The notes below the pieces were generated by a model. It did not search any database. It was not told the origin of the DNA and saw only the letters and a program-made list of their open reading frames with translations. A DNA stretch of 64,000 bases from an uncultured Thermodesulfobacteriota bacterium (GTDB taxonomy: Bacteria; Desulfobacterota; RBG-13-43-22): the NCBI GenBank assembly GCA_964627515.1, contig CAZVHO010000008.1:4244-68243 (forward strand). The letters are read 5' to 3'. Both the position numbers and the translations under genes were made by a program. Positions 1-8,674 of this stretch are shown here, piece after piece. Each line of letters begins with the position of its first letter. Position 1 is the first letter of the stretch.

Positions 1-2
1 AC

Positions 3-2552
3 GGCCTTTCCAGACTTATTGACGTATCGACCCCGGACAATTATCATGTCCAGACCGGCTACCAGGGGTTAAGAAAAACGGTTACGGACCAGAGGGGAAA
101 GACTACGGCTTATACCTATGACGTTTACCAGAGGTTGAAACAGGTGGATGAGACCACTGGGGTGGCAACCCAATATAGTTATGACACCCTCGGCAATCTG
201 ATCCAGGTGGTGGCGGCCGCAGGGAGACCGGAACAGAATGTCACCACCATGACCTATGACAGCCTTTCTAAAAAGAGGACGATGACCGATCCGGACATGG
301 GGGCTTGGTCTTACTCCTATGATAAGTCAGGCAACCTCGCCAGCCAGTCCGATGCCAAAGGCCAAACGATTACCTTCAGCTATGATGCCCTCAACCGGGT
401 CAATCAGAAAATTTACCCTACCTACAACGTCACCTATACCTATGACGACCCGGCGGTCCCCTTTTCCAGGGGCAAGCTGACCAAAACCTCGGTATCCGGA
501 GGAATTGTAAATGAAGATCAGGTATTGGAATACGATCTGATGCAAAGGGGAAGGAGGAATCAGAAGACGATAGGAAGCAATTCAGCAATATTTGAACGAA
601 CTTTCGACAGTGCCGGGAGGGCGCTCAGTATCAAATACCTGGCCGGAAGCCCCTCAGAAAAGACTTATAGCTACGAATATGATGTGGCCGGGAACCTGCT
701 GTATGTGAAGGATAATGCCACCGGGGGCCACCTGGCGGATTATTCTGGTTTTACAGCCCTGGGTCAACCCGCCCAGGCCGTCTATCCCAAATCGGGAAAT
801 GTCTCCATCAAAAGGACCTACACCTATGACCCGGTAACAAGCCGGCTGACCACTGCCCTTACCCAGAAATGGGAGGGAGGGACCCTGGTCGATACCTACA
901 AGAAACTCGAATACCAGTACGATCCCAATGGAAACCCTCTCCAGGTCCATGACAATCCGAACGGCACCGCTCCGGCCAATCTGGTCTATAACTACGATGC
1001 CATCGGCAATATTATCTTCAAAACCGATGTTGGCAGCTACACCTACAACTACGGCAATAGACCCCATGCGGTAAATTCCGCCGGGAATATCAGCCTCCAA
1101 TATGATTTAAACGGCAATATGACACAGCGGTCGGTATCCGGAGGGGATACGTTAAATATCACTTACAACTATGACAACAAGCCGGATATCATCCAGAAGA
1201 ACGGAAACAATTTTATCGGATTCACCTATAACGGAAGCGGGAACCGGGTGAAAAAGCATAACTATGCCATCGGGCAGGACGTGGTTTATTTCGGGGGCCT
1301 TTATGAAGAGCGAAGCGGGGTAGGGATCATCCATGTCTATGGCGGTGGTGAGCGGGTGGCCTCTATCCGGGCAGATGGGAATTCCCAATATTACTACGAC
1401 AACCAACTGGGCTCGGCCACCATCGTCACCGACCAGACGGGGGCGCGCAAGGAGCGCCTGGAATACTATCCCTTCGGGACCTATTCCGAGACCCGGGACG
1501 ATGATCCCAGTTTTCCCAACGTCTCCTATACTTTCACGGATCAGGAAGAGGATTCGGAGATAGGGTTGTATAATTTCAGGGCCAGGTTATACGATCCAGT
1601 GTTGGGAAAGTTTGTCACCCCGGACAGTATCGTCCCTGATCCGGCAAATCCCCAATCCTTGAACCGGTATAGCTATGTTGCGAATAATCCGTTGGTTTAT
1701 ACAGATCCGAGTGGTTATGAGCCTTTTACTATTGCCATTATCGTAGGAGCCGTTATCGGTGCTCTTATTGCAGGCATACAAAGTAAATGGAACCCCCAAG
1801 CTATGGCCGTCGGAGCGGTTATTGGAGGAGTTTCCGGTGGTGTTTATTCGGGCGTAAGTGGAGTTGTTAGTGGCTCCATTGCAAGCTCAACCATTGCCGG
1901 TGCCGCAGGGGGAGCAGCCGCCGGGGCAACAGCCGGAGGAATGAGCGCCGCCTACTATGGAGGTAATATAGGCATGGAAATGTTAAGGGGCGCGGGGCTT
2001 GGCGCTCTCGGCGGTGCTGCTTTCGGGGCTATCGGAGGTTATTATGGAGAAACATGGGATTTGGGACGAGTGGGTACATATACCCTGGCAGGAGGCGGAA
2101 TAAGTCAACTATCAGGGCAGGGGTTTGAGAAAGGGGCCATGTTTGCTGGTGCTACAGCATTTGCACGGTATGGGTATAATGAATTTATGTACAATGATGG
2201 CGTTGCCTATGATGTTTCTTGGGAGAAGGGCGAAGGGTATCAACAGAAAGATCGTATGACTTGGCCCAAACCAGGATACAATCACTTTGGCGTTCAAGGT
2301 GTCGGTAATGACCCGGAGGGATGGACAAATGAAGGTGGTCAAATTGCCAGAGTGGCGAACTATGTTCCCGGTGTTCCCCAAGGAGGTTCGCCTTTGCACG
2401 ATGGATTAAATATTACAGTGGAAAAATATCTTGGATCCACAGCAAGAGAAATTTTAAATTATCCCTTAATGGCACCCGCTGCTGTTTGGACCTATTCTGC
2501 GTTATTGGCAGATCCAAGGGCGATGATACTTTTTTCGATCAACCGAAAATAA
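3..2552 (+). CDS. RHS/YD-repeat polymorphic toxin, C-terminal part (N-terminus lies upstream of the window)
   Basis: The frame is open from nt 3, with no stop before the listed ATG at 135, so the gene is cut by the window edge. It has dense YD repeats (TQYSYDTLGNL, WSYSYDKSGNL, ITFSYDALNRV, YSYEYDVAGNL). The RHS core-end signature RYSYVANNPLVYTDPSGY ends at nt 1718. The remaining 277 aa (1719-2549) are non-repeat: a Gly-zipper hydrophobic block plus a unique tail. Confidence 0.9.
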   Translation, partial: GLSRLIDVSTPDNYHVQTGYQGLRKTVTDQRGKTTAYTYDVYQRLKQVDETTGVATQYSYDTLGNLIQVVAAAGRPEQNVTTMTYDSLSKKRTMTDPDMGAWSYSYDKSGNLASQSDAKGQTITFSYDALNRVNQKIYPTYNVTYTYDDPAVPFSRGKLTKTSVSGGIVNEDQVLEYDLMQRGRRNQKTIGSNSAIFERTFDSAGRALSIKYLAGSPSEKTYSYEYDVAGNLLYVKDNATGGHLADYSGFTALGQPAQAVYPKSGNVSIKRTYTYDPVTSRLTTALTQKWEGGTLVDTYKKLEYQYDPNGNPLQVHDNPNGTAPANLVYNYDAIGNIIFKTDVGSYTYNYGNRPHAVNSAGNISLQYDLNGNMTQRSVSGGDTLNITYNYDNKPDIIQKNGNNFIGFTYNGSGNRVKKHNYAIGQDVVYFGGLYEERSGVGIIHVYGGGERVASIRADGNSQYYYDNQLGSATIVTDQTGARKERLEYYPFGTYSETRDDDPSFPNVSYTFTDQEEDSEIGLYNFRARLYDPVLGKFVTPDSIVPDPANPQSLNRYSYVANNPLVYTDPSGYEPFTIAIIVGAVIGALIAGIQSKWNPQAMAVGAVIGGVSGGVYSGVSGVVSGSIASSTIAGAAGGAAAGATAGGMSAAYYGGNIGMEMLRGAGLGALGGAAFGAIGGYYGETWDLGRVGTYTLAGGGISQLSGQGFEKGAMFAGATAFARYGYNEFMYNDGVAYDVSWEKGEGYQQKDRMTWPKPGYNHFGVQGVGNDPEGWTNEGGQIARVANYVPGVPQGGSPLHDGLNITVEKYLGSTAREILNYPLMAPAAVWTYSALLADPRAMILFSINRK

Positions 2553-2589
2553 TTAAACCATTTATTTGGAGATAAACGGAGATAATAAA

Positions 2590-2859
2590 ATGAATAAACT
2601 ATTTGCGGCTGTCTTATTGTCAGTTTTATTTATTAGTGCATGTGGAAGCATCGTATCTCGCGATAAGTATACTCAGTATTGGGTGGGGAAAAAAATTGAT
2701 GAAAAATGGCGTTCTCCGGATTCCAACCGAAAAATCTATCAACTTGTTAACGGGAATCGGGTCTATGTAGAACAAGATCTTCCAGGTTGTTTCATCCATT
2801 GGGAAGTAAATCCACAAGGATTTATTGTCGGCTACAAGCTTGAAGGTAACTGTCGTTGA
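2590..2859 (+). CDS. Small lipoprotein, candidate cognate immunity protein of the upstream RHS tip
   Basis: The ATG at 2590 is preceded by GGAG. It has a signal peptide plus lipobox (MNKLFAAVLLSVLFISAC). It starts 37 nt after the RHS stop, on the same strand. A paralog at 5106 occupies the same position after the second RHS module. Confidence 0.7.
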   Translation: MNKLFAAVLLSVLFISACGSIVSRDKYTQYWVGKKIDEKWRSPDSNRKIYQLVNGNRVYVEQDLPGCFIHWEVNPQGFIVGYKLEGNCR

Positions 2860-2907
2860 ATGGGATGACTAATTTGAGCAAAAAGAGGTTAAAGAGACGC
2901 AAATAAA

Positions 2908-5067
2908 ATGCCTTATGCTAATACCCACACCTGTGATGACCCGGTAATACCCTTTTCCGTAGGCAAGCTGACTAAAAGCTCGGTTTCCGGGGAGATTATT
3001 AATGAAGATCAGGTGCTGGAATATGACCTGATGCAGCGGGGCAAGAAAAATCTAAAGAAAGTAGGCAGCAGTACGCCGGTCTTTGAGCGGACTTTTGATC
3101 GTGCCGGAAGGGCTATGAGCATCAAATACCTCGCCGGGAGCCCCTCGGAGAAGGTCTTCAGCTACGAGTATGACGTGGACGGGAACATTCTTTATGTGAA
3201 AGATAATGCCACCGGAGTCCACTTAGCGGATTATTCGGATTTTACGGCCCTGGGCCAGTCCCGGACCGCTGATTATCCTAAATCCGGCGGCGTTTCCATC
3301 AAGCGGACCTACGCCTATGACCCGGTTACGGCCAGGTTGACCAGCGCCTTTACCCAAAAATATGCGGGCGGGACCTTGGTCGATACTTACAAGAAACTCG
3401 AATATCAGTATGACCCCATGGGCAATCCCCTCCAAGTTCATGATGACCCAAACCTCACCCCTCCTGTCAACCTGGTCTATAACTACGATGCCATCGGCAA
3501 TATCATCTTCAAAACCGATGTTGGCAGCTACACCTACAACTACGGCAATAGACCCCATGCGGTAAATTCCGCCGGGAATATCAGCCTCCAATATGATTTA
3601 AACGGCAATATGACACAGCGGTCGGTATCCGGAGGGGATACGTTAAATATCACTTACAACTATGACAACAAGCCGGATATCATCCAGAAGAACGGAAACA
3701 ATTTTATCGGATTCACCTATAACGGAAGCGGGAACCGGGTGAAAAAGCATAACTATGCCATCGGGCAGGACGTGGTTTATTTCGGGGGCCTTTATGAAGA
3801 GCGAAGCGGGGTAGGGATCATCCATGTTTATGCCGGTGGCGAGCGGGTGGCTTCCTTCCGGACGGATGGGAATTCCCAATATTATTACGACAACCATCTC
3901 GGTTCGGCCACCATCGTCACCGATCAGACCGGGGCCAGAAAAGAACGGCTGGAATATTATCCCTTCGGGACCTATTCCGAGACCCGGGATGATGATCCGA
4001 ACTTCCCCAATGTTTCTTATACGTTCACGGATCAGGAGGAAGATCTGGAGATAGGGTTATATAATTTCCGAGCTCGGTTATACGATCCTGTTTTGGGAAA
4101 GTTTGTCACCCCGGATAGCATCGTTCCCGATCCGGCAGATCCTCAATCTTTGAATCGGTATAGCTATGTTGCGAATAATCCATTGGTTTATACAGATCCG
4201 AGTGGTTATGAGCCTTTTACTATTGCCATTATCGTAGGAGCCGTTATCGGTGCTCTTATTGCAGGCATACAAAGTAAATGGAACCCCCAAGCTATGGCCG
4301 TCGGAGCGGTTATTGGAGGAGTTTCCGGTGGTGTTTATTCGGGCGTAAGTGGAGTTGTTAGTGGCTCCATTGCAAGCTCAACCATTGCCGGTGCCGCAGG
4401 GGGAGCAGCCGCCGGGGCAACAGCCGGCGGAATGAGCGCCGCCTACTATGGAGGTAATATAGGTATGGAAATGTTAAGGGGTGCGGGGCTTGGCGCTCTC
4501 GGCGGGGCTGCCTTCGGGGCTATCGGTGGTTATTATGGAGAAACATGGGATTTGGGACGAGTGGGTGCATATACCCTGGCAGGAGGAGGAATAAGTCAAC
4601 TATCAGGGCAGGGGTTTGAAAAGGGTGCTCTTTTTGCAGGCTTAACATCATTCGCACGGTATACCTATAATGAAATAGTAGGTTATGATGCTACTTGGGA
4701 GGGAGGGGAAGGTTATCAAGAAAAAGGGCGTTACACTTTACCCCGCGAAGGTTTTTGCCATATTGGTGGGCAAGGTATAGATCCTAATGGCAGCCTTTGG
4801 CATGATTTGCCATTAGAGGGTAGCGCTTTATCAAGAGGTGCCAATTACATACTTAGTGTGAATGCAACTGCTGGTTTGCACGATGTTATGCAGATAAAGC
4901 TTGATCAGTTTTTTGGCGGAATTGGCGGTGAATCTTTTGGTGCCTCAATGAGAGGTGTTCTGAACTATCCCGGCATGATACCTGCTGCCGCGCTAACCAC
5001 AACAGGGCTATTAGCAGACCCGAGAGCCATGATGCTTTTTGCTATCGACCCAACCTGCAATAGATGA
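2908..5067 (+). CDS. Orphan RHS C-terminal module (YD repeats + core-end motif + alternative toxin tip), lacking the N-terminal part
   Basis: The 719-aa ORF aligns with residues from about nt 427 onward of the first RHS ORF (DDPVIPFSVGKLTKSSVSGEIINEDQVLEYDLMQRG). It has the same YTDPSGY core end (CT begins nt 4210). The C-terminal 145 aa differ. The Shine-Dalgarno sequence before ATG 2908 is weak. Confidence 0.8.
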   Translation: MPYANTHTCDDPVIPFSVGKLTKSSVSGEIINEDQVLEYDLMQRGKKNLKKVGSSTPVFERTFDRAGRAMSIKYLAGSPSEKVFSYEYDVDGNILYVKDNATGVHLADYSDFTALGQSRTADYPKSGGVSIKRTYAYDPVTARLTSAFTQKYAGGTLVDTYKKLEYQYDPMGNPLQVHDDPNLTPPVNLVYNYDAIGNIIFKTDVGSYTYNYGNRPHAVNSAGNISLQYDLNGNMTQRSVSGGDTLNITYNYDNKPDIIQKNGNNFIGFTYNGSGNRVKKHNYAIGQDVVYFGGLYEERSGVGIIHVYAGGERVASFRTDGNSQYYYDNHLGSATIVTDQTGARKERLEYYPFGTYSETRDDDPNFPNVSYTFTDQEEDLEIGLYNFRARLYDPVLGKFVTPDSIVPDPADPQSLNRYSYVANNPLVYTDPSGYEPFTIAIIVGAVIGALIAGIQSKWNPQAMAVGAVIGGVSGGVYSGVSGVVSGSIASSTIAGAAGGAAAGATAGGMSAAYYGGNIGMEMLRGAGLGALGGAAFGAIGGYYGETWDLGRVGAYTLAGGGISQLSGQGFEKGALFAGLTSFARYTYNEIVGYDATWEGGEGYQEKGRYTLPREGFCHIGGQGIDPNGSLWHDLPLEGSALSRGANYILSVNATAGLHDVMQIKLDQFFGGIGGESFGASMRGVLNYPGMIPAAALTTTGLLADPRAMMLFAIDPTCNR

Positions 5068-5105
5068 AGACTCTAATAGGCATAAATAACCGAGGGAGAA
5101 AACCT

Positions 5106-5405
5106 ATGAAAATACTTTTTCTTATTTTACTGTCACTCTTTTTTATTCAAGGCTGTCTAACGAATATACCATCCATCGGAGATTACACGAGTAACAAAAT
5201 AGGGCGCCCCATCGAGAAACAGATAAAGCGTGTTTTAGATCCCGGCTCCTACGCCTCAAGAATAGGATGGAAAGAAAAGACCTATAAACTCGACAATGGC
5301 AATTGGGTTTATATAGAGCCGGACAGCAAAAATTGTTTTATCCACTGGGAAGTAAATCCGCAAGGAATAATTGTCGGCTATAAACTTGAAGGGAATTGCC
5401 GTTGA
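5106..5405 (+). CDS. Small lipoprotein, candidate immunity protein of the orphan RHS tip
   Basis: The ATG at 5106 follows GGGAG. It has a lipobox (MKILFLILLSLFFIQGC). Its C-terminal block CFIHWEVNPQGIIVGYKLEGNCR is nearly identical to that of the 2590-2859 product. Confidence 0.7.
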   Translation: MKILFLILLSLFFIQGCLTNIPSIGDYTSNKIGRPIEKQIKRVLDPGSYASRIGWKEKTYKLDNGNWVYIEPDSKNCFIHWEVNPQGIIVGYKLEGNCR

Positions 5406-5522
5406 ATGGTAATGATTAGTTGCAATAAAGATTTCTCCTATGCCAACGAGGGGGAGAAATTTTAGCGTTCAGTGATGAATTTAACGAAAGCAATGGCTCA
5501 TAATATAAGACCACCACACCTA

Positions 5523-5657
5523 TACTACGATGATTCGGCAGTAGTAGTCTATGCCAAGGGGATGCAGACCAGGATCTCGGTTTCGGGGTCCATGGTCAAC
5601 GAGGACCAGGTGCTGGAATACGACCTGATGCAGAGGGTCAAAAAAGGTCAGAAGACC
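5523..5657 (+). pseudogene. Relic of a third RHS module (about 45 codons)
   Basis: Within ORF 5472-5846, only YYDDSAVVVYAKGMQTRISVSGSMVNEDQVLEYDLMQRVKKGQKT resembles the start of units 1 and 2. The downstream sequence is unrelated and no YD repeats follow. Confidence 0.6.
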
Positions 5658-5842
5658 TACCCTTCCCAGACCTTCAGAGGACCCCCTTTGGCGGCGCCCC
5701 AGAGGGCATCCCCGTTGCCTACCTTTGGACAAATGTCTCAGGAGATAGTATCTATAAAATCGGGATCTAATGCAATGGGAATTAGTTACAACATTTCAAC
5801 AACAAAGCAAAAATTTATTTATCAAACGAGGAGGCAGGGACC

Positions 5843-6166
5843 ATGAAAAAGCTTATTATCATTTTTTCCGTTATTGTTTTCATTTGCTCCACCATGTTTA
5901 TTCCCCCGCCGGTCAGAGCGGACAGTTCCGGGGCGGCTCAGGGAGCCTTGATTGGAGCTTTGATTGGTGGAGCTATCGGAATGATTTTCTATATTATTTC
6001 CGTGTCTTCTGAAACCCCGATGGATAAAGCCAAATCCGAAACAGGAAATAATCCTTCCGATATTTCCACCGGGAAAATTTCCGTTTTCGACGATTCTTTG
6101 AAGGTGGTGCCGGTACAAAAGAAACAAAATGTAATCAGTTACTTCCCTTTGGCGGTGGCCTTTTAG
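5843..6166 (+). CDS. Small exported/membrane protein with a glycine-zipper segment
   Basis: A strong SD (AGGAGG) precedes the ATG. It has an N-terminal signal-like segment (MKKLIIIFSVIVFICSTMF), then GALIGALIGGAIGMIFYII (GxxxG zipper TM). Confidence 0.65.
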   Translation: MKKLIIIFSVIVFICSTMFIPPPVRADSSGAAQGALIGALIGGAIGMIFYIISVSSETPMDKAKSETGNNPSDISTGKISVFDDSLKVVPVQKKQNVISYFPLAVAF

Positions 6167-6287
6167 ATTTGACGGACTTTTTACAAGATCATCAGGTTTT
6201 AAAGGCCGGCAAATTTTACCATTTTATCCTGGAGGGCTTCCAAAAAGCCATATTGTTCATTCTGAAAAAGGAAAGGAGAGGGAGACC

Positions 6288-6779
6288 TTGAAATCAAAAT
6301 CCTTAATTTATCTGTTCTTAATAATATCCCTATTGACCTTAACGTGCAGTTGCGCACTGGTTTCACGCGAACAAATGCTGAAAGACTCTCAGAGTTATGC
6401 TTTACCCCAGCAATCCAAAGATAATGTTGGGTTGGTTTATGTGGTCCGTCCCAACTTATCAGGCACGATGGTAAGATTTAATTTGTTTGTGAATGATGCG
6501 GATGTTCCGGAAATGGAAGCGGGTTATACCAGGGGAGGACAATACATTTATTTCTATATCGCACCGGGGACATATACGCTGTATTCCGTAGCTGAAAATA
6601 CTGCTAAAGGCACCATTACCGTGGAACCCAATAAAATTTACTATATTGAACAAATCCCTTCAATGGGTATTTTATTTGCCAGGAATCAACTCAAACTCCT
6701 TGATGGGATTGAGGGGAAATATCGTTTGAAAAACTGTGAACAGGGGGTTGGCGAAATAAAAAGAACCCTATTCCCGTAA
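6288..6779 (+). CDS. Lipoprotein, DUF2846-like
   Basis: TTG start after AGGAGAGGGAG. It has a lipobox-like sequence (LLTLTCSC). The pattern VYVVRP...GTYTLYS...KIYYIEQ resembles the DUF2846 lipoprotein family, recognised from memory only. Confidence 0.5.
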   Translation: MKSKSLIYLFLIISLLTLTCSCALVSREQMLKDSQSYALPQQSKDNVGLVYVVRPNLSGTMVRFNLFVNDADVPEMEAGYTRGGQYIYFYIAPGTYTLYSVAENTAKGTITVEPNKIYYIEQIPSMGILFARNQLKLLDGIEGKYRLKNCEQGVGEIKRTLFP

Positions 6780-6885
6780 CGAATTTTAGGTTAAAAGATA
6801 AACAAGGCTGTCGATTAGCGCGCCGATAAGTTTGGGGGAAGAATCAAACCCTTTAGAATACATATATCAAGGAGAAAAAGAGATT

Positions 6886-7494
6886 ATGAAAACAATTAAT
6901 CCGGAAAGAAGCTGTTTAAGGTTCGTGTTGTCCTTGTCCGTTTTTCTGGTCCTCCTCTTCTCCTCAGGTTTGGGTAACGCCCAGGATTGGAGTCGAAAAT
7001 GGAAGTCCGAGGTCTATCTGTTAGGCCAAAATATGCGCGGGGATACTACCTCTGGCCTTGGGATTACCCTGGAATTAAAGGATACCAATGCCGGAGGATT
7101 GGGATTCGGGACCAATATCAATGATTATATCAATCTCAACTGGGATATACTCTTCGGCTCAATGGATATTACCGGCAAAGGTTTTGGCAGGCAGGTTACT
7201 GTAAAAACTAACTTTTGGGGTATGAACCTTAATTTAGATTATAATATTCTAAAAACAACCATTACGCCTATGATAACCGGAGGTGTCGGGTTTTTAAACT
7301 TCTCAGGTTCCGCTGGGGGGTTTAATTTCTCGGAAACCGATTTTTCATATAATCTGGGTGCCGGTTTTCGCTGGGATATTACCCGCCACATTCTTGCCAA
7401 AGCACTCTATCGTGCTACCTGGACAAAGCTGAAAGATACGGACAAGACCATCATGTTTGCCGGTCCGGCTTTGAGTATCGGGTATATTTTTTGA
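6886..7494 (+). CDS. Outer-membrane beta-barrel protein (OmpW/porin-family-like)
   Basis: ATG 6886 follows AAGGAG. It has a signal peptide ending GNAQD, alternating amphipathic beta-strand pattern, and the terminal SIGYIF with C-terminal Phe typical of OMP beta-barrels. Confidence 0.7.
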   Translation: MKTINPERSCLRFVLSLSVFLVLLFSSGLGNAQDWSRKWKSEVYLLGQNMRGDTTSGLGITLELKDTNAGGLGFGTNINDYINLNWDILFGSMDITGKGFGRQVTVKTNFWGMNLNLDYNILKTTITPMITGGVGFLNFSGSAGGFNFSETDFSYNLGAGFRWDITRHILAKALYRATWTKLKDTDKTIMFAGPALSIGYIF

Positions 7495-7521
7495 GTACTC
7501 ATTTAAAATGGGAGATCTGAA

Positions 7522-8592
7522 ATGAAGCAAAAATTCAGGTTGTTTATTGGAATATCTATTGCCTGGCTTATTTTAATCGCCCCGTGGTCTTCTTTCGGAG
7601 CGACCATCACTTATACTTATGATGATCTGAATCGGCTGACAGGGGTCCAGTATTCCAATTCCAGCCCCAGCGAGGATCAGACCAGCCCCTCTTTGGCCAT
7701 AACCAGCCATACCAACAATCAGCATGTAATAGGCCCAATAACTTTAGCCGGTACGGCCAGCGACGGGGGAGCTGGGGATAATGGAATTTCCCAGGTTACA
7801 GTGAATGGCATAAGGGCTGCCAACGATACGGCTACGAGTAACGGAATTGCCAACTGGAGTCAAACGATTACCTTGAATCCCGGTGCCAATGCCATTACGA
7901 TCATAGCCTATGACAACAGCAGCAATCATAACCAAACCACGCAGACCATGACGATTTACAATGATGTCCCCGAGACCACCCCTCCGACTTTAGCCATCAC
8001 CAGCCACAGCAATGGCCAGCACGTGGATTCCGCGAATATAACTTTAGGGGGCATGGCTACGGATTTGGGGAAGGGTGGTAATGGGATATCTCAAGTGACG
8101 ATAAATGGGATTCGGGCTGATAATGATACGGCCAGCGGAAACGAAACAGCCAATTGGAGCAAGGCGATTACCCTGAATCCCTCAGCCAATACGATCACGG
8201 TTATTGCTTATGATAACAGCAGTAATCAGAATCAAACTACTCAGACCATCATATTATATTATGACACCCCTCCGGGAGTCATCACGAGCCCGGCCACCAA
8301 TGTGACGCCGACCTCCGGCACATTAAAAGGGATTGTTTTCCCTAACGGTTTAATAACGACTTATCATTTTGAGTGGGGATTGACCATCGCCTATGGAAAT
8401 TCTACCATCAGCCAGTCAATCGAAGGTGGCTTGGACAATGTAACCATTTCAGCCAATTTAACCGGGTTGGATCCTTACACAAATTACCATTATCGCCTTG
8501 TTGCCACTAATAGCGCGGGAACCAATTATGGCTCGGATATGATTCTTCGAAGGGCTCCATTTTTACAATATTTACTATGGTTATTAGAATAA
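7522..8592 (+). CDS. Secreted repeat protein: one YD motif + two Ig-like repeats + FN3-like domain
   Basis: It has a signal peptide (…APWSSFGA) and the YD motif TYTYDDLNRLTGVQYSN. Two repeats of about 99 aa follow (LAITSH…GISQVT(V/I)NGIRA.NDTA…ITLNP.ANTITVIAYDNSSN.NQTTQT). The C-terminus (TYHFEWG…YHYRLVATNSAG) is FN3-like. Confidence 0.7.
   Translation: MKQKFRLFIGISIAWLILIAPWSSFGATITYTYDDLNRLTGVQYSNSSPSEDQTSPSLAITSHTNNQHVIGPITLAGTASDGGAGDNGISQVTVNGIRAANDTATSNGIANWSQTITLNPGANAITIIAYDNSSNHNQTTQTMTIYNDVPETTPPTLAITSHSNGQHVDSANITLGGMATDLGKGGNGISQVTINGIRADNDTASGNETANWSKAITLNPSANTITVIAYDNSSNQNQTTQTIILYYDTPPGVITSPATNVTPTSGTLKGIVFPNGLITTYHFEWGLTIAYGNSTISQSIEGGLDNVTISANLTGLDPYTNYHYRLVATNSAGTNYGSDMILRRAPFLQYLLWLLE
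7681..8274 (+). repeat. Intragenic tandem repeat, 2 x about 297 bp
   Basis: The units at about 7681-7977 and 7978-8274 encode the two Ig-like repeats. Similarity is clear at both protein and nucleotide level. Confidence 0.75.
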
Positions 8593-8674
8593 TGTTCAAT
8601 TATAGGCTGTAATGTTAACACAAGATTTTAACCGGGTGAATTTCAGATCCCAAACCGATGAAAGGAGATGGAAG

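Larger units (their letters stand above)
427..5405 (+). repeat. Tandem duplication (period about 2,491 bp) of the unit [RHS 3' part + toxin tip + lipoprotein gene]
   Basis: Unit 1 spans about 427-2907 and unit 2 about 2914-5405. By eye, nt 1014-1336 match 3505-3827 and nt 1692-1936 match 4183-4427 with no mismatch. The flanking parts are diverged. Confidence 0.85.

Noticed and set aside
654-4290. Repeated minus- and plus-strand ORFs inside the RHS genes (e.g. 654-1100, 1152-1406, 3223-3591, 3643-3897, 1333-1563, 3824-4054)
   Set aside because: They occur in duplicate only because the RHS DNA itself is duplicated. They lie antisense or out of frame to the YD-repeat frame and have no independent signals.
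5472-5846. 124-aa ORF treated as an intact gene
   Set aside because: Only codons ~18-62 resemble anything (the start of the RHS module). The rest is unrelated sequence with no repeats or signals. It is called a cassette relic instead.
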